From assembly GCA_963752285.1 (NCBI GenBank), contig CAVVXN010000001.1, positions 256,001 through 320,000 of the forward strand: 64,000 nt of DNA, given 5' to 3'. The notes under the pieces were generated by a model. The model had not been told where the DNA came from. It made no database searches and was given only the letters and a program-made list of their open reading frames with translations. The translations under genes and the position numbers were made by a program. This DNA is from an uncultured Planctomycetota bacterium (lineage in GTDB: Bacteria; Planctomycetota; PLA2; JAEUHO01). Below are positions 56,500 to 64,000 of the stretch, piece after piece (within the stretch, counting starts at the first letter, position 1; each line of letters starts with the position of its first letter).

Positions 56500-57267
56500 A
56501 TGATCCGGGTGAACGTCGACTTCACGGGCGCGAAGGCGCTCGTCACGGGAGGGAGCCGTGGCATCGGCCGCGCCATCGCGCTCCGTCTCGCGGAGGCGGG
56601 CTGCGACGTCGCGGTCAACTACCTGAGGAACCGCAAGCCGGCGGAGGAGACCGGCGAGCGCGTGAAGGCCCTCGGCCGGCAGGTGCTGCTCCTCAAGGGC
56701 AACGTCGCGGACGTGGACTCCCACGAGGCCCTCTTCGGACGGATCGCCGACGCGTTCGGCCGGATCGACATCCTGGTGAGCAACGCGGCCTCCGGTGTCA
56801 TCAAGCCGGCGGTGGACCTCACGTATCGCCACTGGCAGTGGACGATGGACATCAACGCCGCCGCACTGCTCTCGCTGACGCAGCAGGCGGTCCCCCTGAT
56901 GGGGGAGGCGGGCGGGTCGATCATCGCGGTGTCGAGCCTCGGCGCGGTCCGCGCAATCCCGAACTACGCCGCGGTCGGCGCCAGCAAGGCCGCGCTCGAG
57001 AGCCTCGTCCGCCACCTCGCGGTCGAGCTGGCCCCCCAGCGCATCCGGGTGAACGCCGTGTCCGCCGGGGTCGTGAACACCGAGGCCCTGTCGCACTTCC
57101 CCAATCGCGAGGAGCTCCTGTCCGAGAGCGCGCGCCGCACGCCGGCCGGACGGCTCGTCGCCCCCGAGGACGTCGCGGACACCGTGCTCTACCTGGCCAG
57201 CCCGCTCGCGTCGATGGTCGTCGGGCAGACGCTCGTCGTGGACGGGGGGTACTCGGTCGTCGCCTGA
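56500..57267 (+). CDS. fabL: Enoyl-ACP reductase, FabL type (SDR)
   Basis: TGGSRGIG, NAASGV, HWQWTMDINA, SSLG, YAAVGASK (Y-x6-K), ALSHFPNREELL, TPAGR; closely resembles B. subtilis FabL as I recall it. Confidence 0.85.
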   Translation: MIRVNVDFTGAKALVTGGSRGIGRAIALRLAEAGCDVAVNYLRNRKPAEETGERVKALGRQVLLLKGNVADVDSHEALFGRIADAFGRIDILVSNAASGVIKPAVDLTYRHWQWTMDINAAALLSLTQQAVPLMGEAGGSIIAVSSLGAVRAIPNYAAVGASKAALESLVRHLAVELAPQRIRVNAVSAGVVNTEALSHFPNREELLSESARRTPAGRLVAPEDVADTVLYLASPLASMVVGQTLVVDGGYSVVA

Positions 57268-57284
57268 CGGCCGCGAGGCGAACC

Positions 57285-58373
57285 GTGAAGATCCTCCTCC
57301 TCGGACGGGACTGCGAAAACAGCCGCGAGATCGAGCGGGCGCTCACGGCGGCCGGTCACGAGGTGGACCGCGCGGGGCCCCACGGGACGGCGCCACCCGG
57401 CGCCGAGTACGACCTCGCGCTCGAGGCGCTCGACCCGCCGGGGCTCCTGGCGCGGATCGAGCGGGTCGGGTTCGCCGAGGCGTTCCTGGCGATGAGCGCG
57501 GCGGCACTCGTCCTGGACCCGGAGGGCCGGGTCCGCCGCGCCAACCGCGCCGCGCAGTCGCTGCTCGGCCGCCGGGAGCCGGACCTCGCCGGCCAGGAGG
57601 TCCGGACGTTCCTCCGGGCCGTGGAGTCGGCGGGCCCGCCCGAGGGGCTGGACCGCGCGCTGGCCACCGGTGGCCGGTGGGCCGCCGAGGTCCACGTGCT
57701 GCATCCCGACGGCGCGGAGCTGCCGGCGCTCGCGGCCCTCGCCGCCATCGACGGCGCGAGCGCACCGGGCGCGTACGTCCTGACGCTCCGGGACCTCTCC
57801 GACCGCGTGGCCATGGAGGAGGAGCTCCGCCGGCAGTACGTGCGCCTCGCGGAGCAGGCCGCGCTCGACCCGCTGACGAAGATCTACCACCGCGGGTACT
57901 TCCACGACGCCCTGCAGCGCGAGATCGCGCGGAGCCAGCGGTACGAGACGCCGCTCTCGCTCCTGGTCGTGGACGTGGACGGCTTCAAGCGCGTGAACGA
58001 GGACTACCTCCACCCGACCGGCGACCGGGTGCTCGTCGAGATCGTCCAGTGCATGCGCGAGAACGTCCGCGAGGGGGACGTCGTCGCGCGCCTCGGTGGG
58101 GACGAGTTCGGTCTGCTCATGCCGAACACCGAGATGCCCGCGGCGTGCGCGGCGGCGGAGCGCCTGCTCGTGGCCGCCCGGGAGCGGCGGTTCGGCGGCG
58201 ACGCGAGGCTCCGGCTCACCCTGAGCGGCGGCGTGGCGACCACGCCCGACCTGCCGGGACGCCCCCTGGAGGCCGCGGAGCTGCTCGAGATCGCGGATCG
58301 GCTCCTCTTCGAGTCGAAGCATCGCGGGGGCGACCGCGTGACGAGGCCCTCCGACGTGGACCCCGACGCGTAG
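57285..58373 (+). CDS. PAS-GGDEF diguanylate cyclase
   Basis: Truncated REC-like start, PAS (LVLDPEG..ANRAA), DPLTKIY, DVDGFKRVNE, REGD I-site, intact GGDEF. Confidence 0.9.
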   Translation: MKILLLGRDCENSREIERALTAAGHEVDRAGPHGTAPPGAEYDLALEALDPPGLLARIERVGFAEAFLAMSAAALVLDPEGRVRRANRAAQSLLGRREPDLAGQEVRTFLRAVESAGPPEGLDRALATGGRWAAEVHVLHPDGAELPALAALAAIDGASAPGAYVLTLRDLSDRVAMEEELRRQYVRLAEQAALDPLTKIYHRGYFHDALQREIARSQRYETPLSLLVVDVDGFKRVNEDYLHPTGDRVLVEIVQCMRENVREGDVVARLGGDEFGLLMPNTEMPAACAAAERLLVAARERRFGGDARLRLTLSGGVATTPDLPGRPLEAAELLEIADRLLFESKHRGGDRVTRPSDVDPDA

Positions 58374-58409
58374 CGCGCTCGTGCCGGGGGGCGGGCACGG
58401 CCGCGCCCG

Positions 58410-59831
58410 TCACGGGCCGTACATGTAGAGGCGGAACCACGGGCTCCAGGGCCCCTGGGCCCCCGCGGAGTCGAGCGCGCGGACGCGCCAGCGGTAGCGC
58501 GCGGACTCCATCCGCGCGGGCCGGTACCGGGTGTCGTTCACGACCTCGCGCGCGACCTCGCCGTACGCGCCGTCCGCGCCCTCGGCCTCGAGCGCCCACT
58601 CGTAGCGCGACGCGCCCTCGACGGCGGCCCACTGGAACGTGGACCCGTACGCGCGGGGGAAGCTCTGTCCCTCGGAGGGCGAGACGAGGGTCGGCGCGAC
58701 CAGGACATGCGGCGGGGGGACCGGAGGCGGTGTCGTCGCGGGGGGCGTGGCCGGCAGTGAACCGGGCGCGCCGGGAGGCGGGAGCGGCTCCGGCGTGGTC
58801 TCGGGAAGGGGGCCGGCGGGAGCGGCGCCCGGCGCCAGACCCCCCTTCCCCACGAAGAGCCAGACGTCGGTGCCCCGGACTGCGAGCGAGCCTCCGAGCG
58901 GGCGCTGCGCGAGGACCTTCCGACTCTGGTCCCTCGTCGACGGCACCACGAGGAGTCGGGGCGCGTACCCGCGCGTCCTCGCCCGGTCCACCGCGTCCTC
59001 CACGCCGTGGCCGACGAGGGCCGGGACGGCGTCCTCGTTCGGGGCCGCGTCCTTCACGGCCACGACGAGCGTCACGACCTCGCCCTTGGCGAGCGGGGTC
59101 CCGGGGTACGGCATCTGGTTCACGACCCGCCCGACGAGGTCGGGGATCCCGACCGTGTGCTCGGTCTGGACCTTCCAGCCGTCGAGCGTGTCGTGGGCCG
59201 CGGCCTCCTCGATGCCGAGCGCGGAGGGGAGCGGGGGCCCGGAGCGGTCGAGCATCCGCCCCTCCTCGACCCCAGAGAGGTCGATCGCCGGGCCCGCCGG
59301 GCCCGCGGGGCCCCGGCCGGGCGCGCCGACCGCCGGCCCCGTCGGGGCGGCGCCCGGCCCGGGCCCGGGGGGGGCGGCCGGCGGGGTCTCGCCGCCGGGC
59401 CCGCCCGGCACGGTCGGGAGGGGGCCGGTCGGCGGCAGCACGTCGGCGCCCGACGGCTCGGGCCCCGGGCCGGGCACGTCGCCCGCGGGCGCGGGCGGGG
59501 GCGCCGGCGGGGTCTCGGTCGGTGCGCGTGGGACGGGGGGCGTCACGCCGGCGGGGGCCGCCGGGGCGGTCCCGCCCACCACGAGGGTCACCTGGTGACC
59601 GGCCGCCGCGGCGAACCCGGCGGGCGTCTGGCCGGAGACGACCTCCGCCTCGCCCGTCCCGGTCCACTCGACCCGAACCGTGTACCCCGCGCTTTCGAAG
59701 AGCGTCCGGGCCGAGGCGACGGGGAGGCCGACGGCGTCGGGGACGAGGTCTTCTGCCCGAGCGGTCCCTGCGGCCGCGAACGCCGCGAGGAACGCGAGGA
59801 AGAGGAGCAGGGGTCGTACGAAGCGCGCCAT
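58410..59831 (-). CDS. Exported PASTA-domain protein with Pro-rich linkers
   Basis: Signal peptide; VPDAVGL..VVSGQTP..VTLVV, VVNQMPYPG..VTLVV, VPALVG..VLAQRP..VWLFVG; C-terminal Ig/Fn3-like YRWRVRA..GPWS. Confidence 0.8.
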   Translation of the reverse strand: MARFVRPLLLFLAFLAAFAAAGTARAEDLVPDAVGLPVASARTLFESAGYTVRVEWTGTGEAEVVSGQTPAGFAAAAGHQVTLVVGGTAPAAPAGVTPPVPRAPTETPPAPPPAPAGDVPGPGPEPSGADVLPPTGPLPTVPGGPGGETPPAAPPGPGPGAAPTGPAVGAPGRGPAGPAGPAIDLSGVEEGRMLDRSGPPLPSALGIEEAAAHDTLDGWKVQTEHTVGIPDLVGRVVNQMPYPGTPLAKGEVVTLVVAVKDAAPNEDAVPALVGHGVEDAVDRARTRGYAPRLLVVPSTRDQSRKVLAQRPLGGSLAVRGTDVWLFVGKGGLAPGAAPAGPLPETTPEPLPPPGAPGSLPATPPATTPPPVPPPHVLVAPTLVSPSEGQSFPRAYGSTFQWAAVEGASRYEWALEAEGADGAYGEVAREVVNDTRYRPARMESARYRWRVRALDSAGAQGPWSPWFRLYMYGP

Positions 59832-59885
59832 GGGGTCCTCCGGGGCGAGGGTCCACGCGGGCACCCCAGCGTAGCGCCGCGCGGA

Positions 59886-60425
59886 TCAGGCCTCCAAGGA
59901 CTCCGGTCCGTGAAAGCCCGTGCCGACCAGGACGAGGCAGCGGTCCGGGCTGTACGGGTCCCGCGCGCCGGTCGCCGCCGCCCTCTCGACGCAGCGGGCG
60001 CACCACCGGTCGTGCGCGATCCGGCGCCGCCGGACGAGGATCGCGCCGCAGATGGGGCACCGGTAGCGGAACACCCGTCCGGGCATCGCCCGGCCGTGGA
60101 GCCGCCCGCCGGCGGCGCGGCAGGCGGCGCGGAACATCGGGCCGTGTCCGAAGGGCAGGTCGAGCAGCGCGAGGCCCACGTGCACCGCCTCGTGCACGAG
60201 GATCCCGTACAGGTCGTCCGGGTACACCTCGAAGTACGCCGGCGAGAGCTCGATCGTCGCGCGCCGGAACCTCGGGCCGACCCCTTCGATGATCGCGCGA
60301 CCGGCACGCCGCAGCCGCCGGTTCCACAGGACCGGCAAGGGCGGCCACGACACGTGGACGAGCGCGCGGCCGACGGCCGCGAGCGCACGGTCCCGTGCGC
60401 TGTCTACGACGCGGGGAGGGATCAC
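59886..60425 (-). CDS. SprT-like zinc metalloprotease domain protein
   Basis: WNRRLRRAGRA, IELS, HEAVH, GHGPMF, C-terminal CPIC..CARC zinc ribbon. Confidence 0.85.
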   Translation of the reverse strand: MIPPRVVDSARDRALAAVGRALVHVSWPPLPVLWNRRLRRAGRAIIEGVGPRFRRATIELSPAYFEVYPDDLYGILVHEAVHVGLALLDLPFGHGPMFRAACRAAGGRLHGRAMPGRVFRYRCPICGAILVRRRRIAHDRWCARCVERAAATGARDPYSPDRCLVLVGTGFHGPESLEA

Positions 60426-60481
60426 GGTCGAAGGAAGCCTACGCCAGGGGACGGACGTCGAGCGGCGGGTACACTCGCTCC

Positions 60482-60997
60482 GTGCGCGCGCGTTCGTGGG
60501 TCATCTGGACCGGTCTCGCCCTGATGTCGATCTCCCTCGGCTGCGCCCGCGAGGCCCGCTTGGACCGGTCGGCCTGGCAGCCGGTCTTCTACGCCGCGAT
60601 GCGCGCGTTTCACGAGCACGACATCGACCAGCTGTGGCCCCTGCTCGACGAGAAGGGCCGCGAGATGGTCGAGCGGGACCTCCGCTCGTGGCAGAGCCGC
60701 CTCCTCGACCCCAAGGAAGGGCCCGGCATCCGGGACCGCATCCGGCGGCGGCGGCCCGACGTCACCGACGAGACGGTCGAGCTCGCGGCGCGCGGGACCC
60801 TCCGGGACGTCTTCTCGCTCCTCTTCGAAGTGGACCCGCGGCCGGAGCGTCCCCCGACGCACGGCGTCCAGCTCGCGCCCGACGGGAAGAGCGTGACCGT
60901 GCTCTTCGAGTGCCCGTCCGGCGCCGAGACGAAGATCGTCCCGGCCCTGCTGGTCCAGACCGGCGCGGGCTGGTTCCTCGACCGCATCCAACTCTGA
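60482..60997 (+). CDS. Hypothetical lipoprotein (NTF2-like features)
   Basis: Lipobox SLGC; ends LVQTGAGWFLDRI; start approximate. Confidence 0.55.
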   Translation: MRARSWVIWTGLALMSISLGCAREARLDRSAWQPVFYAAMRAFHEHDIDQLWPLLDEKGREMVERDLRSWQSRLLDPKEGPGIRDRIRRRRPDVTDETVELAARGTLRDVFSLLFEVDPRPERPPTHGVQLAPDGKSVTVLFECPSGAETKIVPALLVQTGAGWFLDRIQL

Positions 60998-61103
60998 TGT
61001 GGCCGCGGCGCTCGCGCCGCCGGTGTCCGGCGGAGGCGGGCGTACCAGGTCTCCTCCGTCGGCCCTTGTCGCGGCGTCCGCGCCCGGACAGACTTGGAGC
61101 GCC

Positions 61104-61445
61104 GTGAACGAGCACGACGTCCCCGTCCTCCAGCCGCCGAGCGACCTCTCGGCCGCCACCCTGCCCCTCTTCGAGCGCGTGACCGACGCGTACCCGGTCG
61201 TGGCGGGCGCGGGCCTCGTCCTGGACCTCACGCGACTTCGCACGATCACGAGCGCGGGGCTGAGCCACCTCGTTCGGCTCGGACGGCGGCTCGACGAGCA
61301 GGGCGGCACGCTCGTCCTCGCGGGCGGGAGCAAGCCGGTGCTGAAGCTGCTCCGCACGGTCGGGCTCGACACGGTCTTCCCCCACTTCAAGAGCGTCCAC
61401 GAGGCCACGGCCTTCGTGCGCGGGCGCGGGACGATGACGCCCTGA
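61104..61445 (+). CDS. STAS-domain anti-sigma factor antagonist
   Basis: LVLDLTRLRTITSAGL, LLRTVGLDTVF..SVHEA; GGAG RBS before the GTG. Confidence 0.87.
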   Translation: MNEHDVPVLQPPSDLSAATLPLFERVTDAYPVVAGAGLVLDLTRLRTITSAGLSHLVRLGRRLDEQGGTLVLAGGSKPVLKLLRTVGLDTVFPHFKSVHEATAFVRGRGTMTP

Positions 61446-61461
61446 CCGGGGCGTCGAGGGG

Positions 61462-61839
61462 ATGACCGCGCGAGACACCATCTTCCTCGACGGCCTCGAG
61501 GCCCGGGGTGTGATCGGGGTAGACGCCTGGGAGCGAAGGACGCCCCAGACGATCCGCGTAGACCTCGAGCTGTCCTGCGACGCGTCCGCCGCGGCCGAGC
61601 AGGACGACATCCACCGCACGGTGAACTACCGCGCGGTCGCGAAGTCGGTTCTGTCGCTCGTCGAGACGAGCGGGTGTCGGCTCGTCGAGACCCTGGCCGT
61701 GCGGCTCGCCGAGATGATCCAGAAGGACCACGGCGTCGCTTGGGTCCGCGTGCGCGTGAGCAAGCCGGGCGCCGTGCGCTTCAGCCAGAACGTCGGGGTC
61801 GAGGTGGTGCGCGGCGCGCGGGAGGGCCACGCGTCGTGA
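61462..61839 (+). CDS. folB: Dihydroneopterin aldolase
   Basis: DTIFLDGL..IGVDAWER..Q, TVNY, LVETLA, VSKPGAV..VGVEV. Confidence 0.95.
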   Translation: MTARDTIFLDGLEARGVIGVDAWERRTPQTIRVDLELSCDASAAAEQDDIHRTVNYRAVAKSVLSLVETSGCRLVETLAVRLAEMIQKDHGVAWVRVRVSKPGAVRFSQNVGVEVVRGAREGHAS

Positions 61840-62378
61840 CCTCGCGTTCCCACGAGGCCCTCCTGGTCGTGGGCTCGAACATCGGACCCGAGGTGCACGT
61901 GCCGGCCGCCGTGGACGCCCTCGCCCGCCGCTACGAGACCCTGGCCGTCTCGTCGTGCTACCGCAGCCCGTCGTTCGGCGGGTCGGACGCGGCGCCGCCG
62001 TTCGTGAACCTCGCCGCGCACGTGCGGACCGACTGTCCCCCGCGCGCGCTCCGCGAGGGGTGCCGGCGCATCGAGGAGGCCCTGGGCCGCCGCCGCACGG
62101 CCGACCGCTTCGCCCCCCGCACGGTGGACGTGGACGTGGTGCTCTTCGACCGCCTCGTCGCCGACCTCGGGGGCTTTGCGCTGCCGGACCCGCTCCTCGT
62201 GGAGCGCGCGTTCATGCTCCGGCCCGCCGCGGAGGCCTGGCCCGATGGGATCGAGCCCCGTTCGGGACGGTCCCTCGCGGCCCTCGCCGCCGCGCTCGGC
62301 CCCGGCGAGGTCGCGGCGCTCGAGCGCCTCGAGGGCGAACCCTGGTCGCGCGTGGTGGAGCGGGCGGCCCCGGCATGA
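61836..62378 (+). CDS. folK: 2-amino-4-hydroxy-6-hydroxymethyldihydropteridine diphosphokinase
   Basis: GSNIG, FVNLAA, IEEALGRRR, PRTVDVDVVLF, LPDP..ERAFMLRP; GTGA overlap with folB. Confidence 0.93.
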   Translation: MTSRSHEALLVVGSNIGPEVHVPAAVDALARRYETLAVSSCYRSPSFGGSDAAPPFVNLAAHVRTDCPPRALREGCRRIEEALGRRRTADRFAPRTVDVDVVLFDRLVADLGGFALPDPLLVERAFMLRPAAEAWPDGIEPRSGRSLAALAAALGPGEVAALERLEGEPWSRVVERAAPA

Positions 62379-63325
62379 AGCGAGCCCTCCTCCTCGCGAC
62401 GCTCCTCGGCCCGCTCGCCGCGTGCGGCCGGGGCGCGGCCCCGGACGCCGCCCGCGCCGTGGGTGGGTGGAGCCACGCGCGCGTACCGGGTGTCGCGAAG
62501 GCGTCGGGGATCGCGGTCGCGGGCGACTGGCTCGTGGTGAGCGAGTCGGGCCCCGATCGCCGCCTGCTCGCCGTGCGCCGCGCGGACCTGGTGGACGGCA
62601 AGGAGGCGAGCGCCCACCCGGTCGAGGTCACGTTCGACCCGGAGGCGCACCTGACCGGCGGGGACGCGTTCGCCCTCCGCGGCTACAGGCTCGGCGACGT
62701 CTGGGGGCTCGACGGGAGCGTCGAGGGCGTGGCCGTCCAGAGCCCCGCGCGCGTGTTCCTCGCCGATCGCGCGTGGCGCGTGGTGTTCGCGGGGGAGCTC
62801 CGGACGGGCGACGACGGGGCGCCGAAGCAGATCGTGATCGACCGCGGGTTCACCGTGTCGGGCGGCAATCGTTCCGGGTCCGACGCGTCGGACTGGCGCG
62901 ACCGGGGCCCGGGCCTGGCCGGACTCGCCGCCGGCGCGTCGGGTCGCCGCGTCGAGGACGTGTACGCCGTGACGCGCGGCGCCGAGGGGCCCGGCACGTT
63001 CGAGCTCCACGCGCTCGATCGTTATGGCATCGAGCTCTCGACCTTCACCGTGGACCTCGGCACGAAGGACGACGCGGCCGTGGGCGGCCTCGCGCTCGAC
63101 GAGGACCGCTTCCTCGTCGTCCGTGGTGCGGGGCGCGGCGAGCTCGTCGCCTTCCGCCGCGGGCGTCCGCGCGAGCTCGTGAAGTCCGCGCCGGGCATCC
63201 CCGCCGCCGAGGTCGAGGGCGCGGGCGCGTGGTCCGGCGTCGCCCGTTCGGACGACCAGGTGCTCTACCTCGTCTCCCAGGGCGCCCCGGCCGTCGTCGC
63301 GTGGCGGGCGATCCGCCCGCGCTGA
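62375..63325 (+). CDS. Hypothetical lipoprotein, probable beta-propeller
   Basis: Lipobox LAAC; blade-like repeats ASGIA, VEGVA, LAGLA, VGGLA, WSGVA; ATGA overlap with folK. Confidence 0.7.
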   Translation: MKRALLLATLLGPLAACGRGAAPDAARAVGGWSHARVPGVAKASGIAVAGDWLVVSESGPDRRLLAVRRADLVDGKEASAHPVEVTFDPEAHLTGGDAFALRGYRLGDVWGLDGSVEGVAVQSPARVFLADRAWRVVFAGELRTGDDGAPKQIVIDRGFTVSGGNRSGSDASDWRDRGPGLAGLAAGASGRRVEDVYAVTRGAEGPGTFELHALDRYGIELSTFTVDLGTKDDAAVGGLALDEDRFLVVRGAGRGELVAFRRGRPRELVKSAPGIPAAEVEGAGAWSGVARSDDQVLYLVSQGAPAVVAWRAIRPR

Positions 63326-63348
63326 CCGTCTCCCGACCGCGCGGCGCC

Positions 63349-64000
63349 TCACCCCACGCCGCCGGGGAGGATCTCCAGCAGGTCCGAGAGCCGGCCGAGG
63401 GCGGGCACCCCGTCCCGTTCGGCGCCGGGTCGGGGGATCCACACGGCGCGCATGCCGAGCGCCGTCGCGCCTGCGACGTCCGCCTCCAGGTCGTCGCCGA
63501 CCATCAGCGCCTCTCGGGGCTCGGTCGCCGCGCTGGAGAGCGCCGCCTCGAAGATGCGGCGGTCGGGCTTCTCGACGCCCACGCGGCACGACACCACGAC
63601 GGGGTCGAGCAGGTCCTCGAGGCCGAACGAGCGGAGCAACACCGGCAGGCGGTCGTCCCAGTTCGAGATCATGCCCGTCCGGTACCCGCGCGCGCGGATC
63701 TCGGTCACGGTCTCGACCGCGCCGGGCAGGAGCGCCCAGCGTTCCGGGGACGAGAAGTGCTCGTACAGCTCCTCGAAGAGCCCCGCGGGATCGGCCACCC
63801 GGCCGAACGGCCCGAAGGTCGCGTCTACCACCGCCCGCCACCACGCGCGGTCCTGCGTGCGGCCCGCGAGGCGCTGACTCCGGAAGGCCGCGTGGAACGC
63901 CGCGAGCACGTCCGCGGGTTCGACGTCCAGGCCCTGCCGACGGGCCGCCCGGGCGTAGACCTCACCCACGTCCTCGCGCGGCGCGACGAGGGTTCCCCCG
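63349..64000 (-). CDS. HAD-IA family hydrolase (5' end outside the window)
   Basis: GTL near the window edge, MISNWD, VEKPDRRIF, MVGDDLEADVAGA. Confidence 0.9.
   Translation of the reverse strand, partial: GGTLVAPREDVGEVYARAARRQGLDVEPADVLAAFHAAFRSQRLAGRTQDRAWWRAVVDATFGPFGRVADPAGLFEELYEHFSSPERWALLPGAVETVTEIRARGYRTGMISNWDDRLPVLLRSFGLEDLLDPVVVSCRVGVEKPDRRIFEAALSSAATEPREALMVGDDLEADVAGATALGMRAVWIPRPGAERDGVPALGRLSDLLEILPGGVG

Noticed and set aside
61104..63325. STAS-folB-folK-lipoprotein as a novel functional system
   Set aside because: folB-folK linkage is ordinary, and nothing in the sequence ties the flanking genes to folate metabolism.
1..64000. CRISPR array, tRNA/rRNA, IS, integrase or prophage
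   Set aside because: I saw no regularly spaced repeats, no tRNA T-arm or rRNA signatures, no mobile-element proteins and no obvious compositional island.

Overview
Very GC-rich (roughly 70-75% by eye), gene-dense bacterial chromosomal window with about 50 protein-coding genes. I found no rRNA, tRNA, CRISPR array, transposase, integrase or phage gene. The gene mix suggests a Planctomycetota-like organism (inference only): many exported proteins and lipoproteins, carboxypeptidase-regulatory-like repeat proteins, a giant TPR-alpha-2-macroglobulin, a VIT-VWA protein and a stand-alone rpsD. Recognisable housekeeping genes are aceE (partial), purB, thiD, psd, glpQ-glpD-glpK, cls, rpsD, fabL, folB-folK and a tdh-like SDR. 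Most notable: (1) a dinB-dnaE2 mutagenesis cassette without imuA/imuB, with a near-consensus sigma70 promoter. An AT-rich 18-mer at that promoter recurs (15/18 identical) 10.7 kb away, in front of a stand-alone, catalytically dead LexA/UmuD-type S24 domain gene, which may mark a lineage-specific SOS module. (2) A ~2,730-codon alpha-2-macroglobulin with TPR arms and a duplicated TPR+MG module, split by a single -1 frameshift in its bait-like region. (3) An archaeal-type 2-phosphoglycerate kinase. (4) An HtrA protease paired with a pseudo-protease. (5) A degenerate GGDEF protein that keeps its I-site. Start codons are my estimates from the reading frames; product calls come from motif recognition, not database searches.
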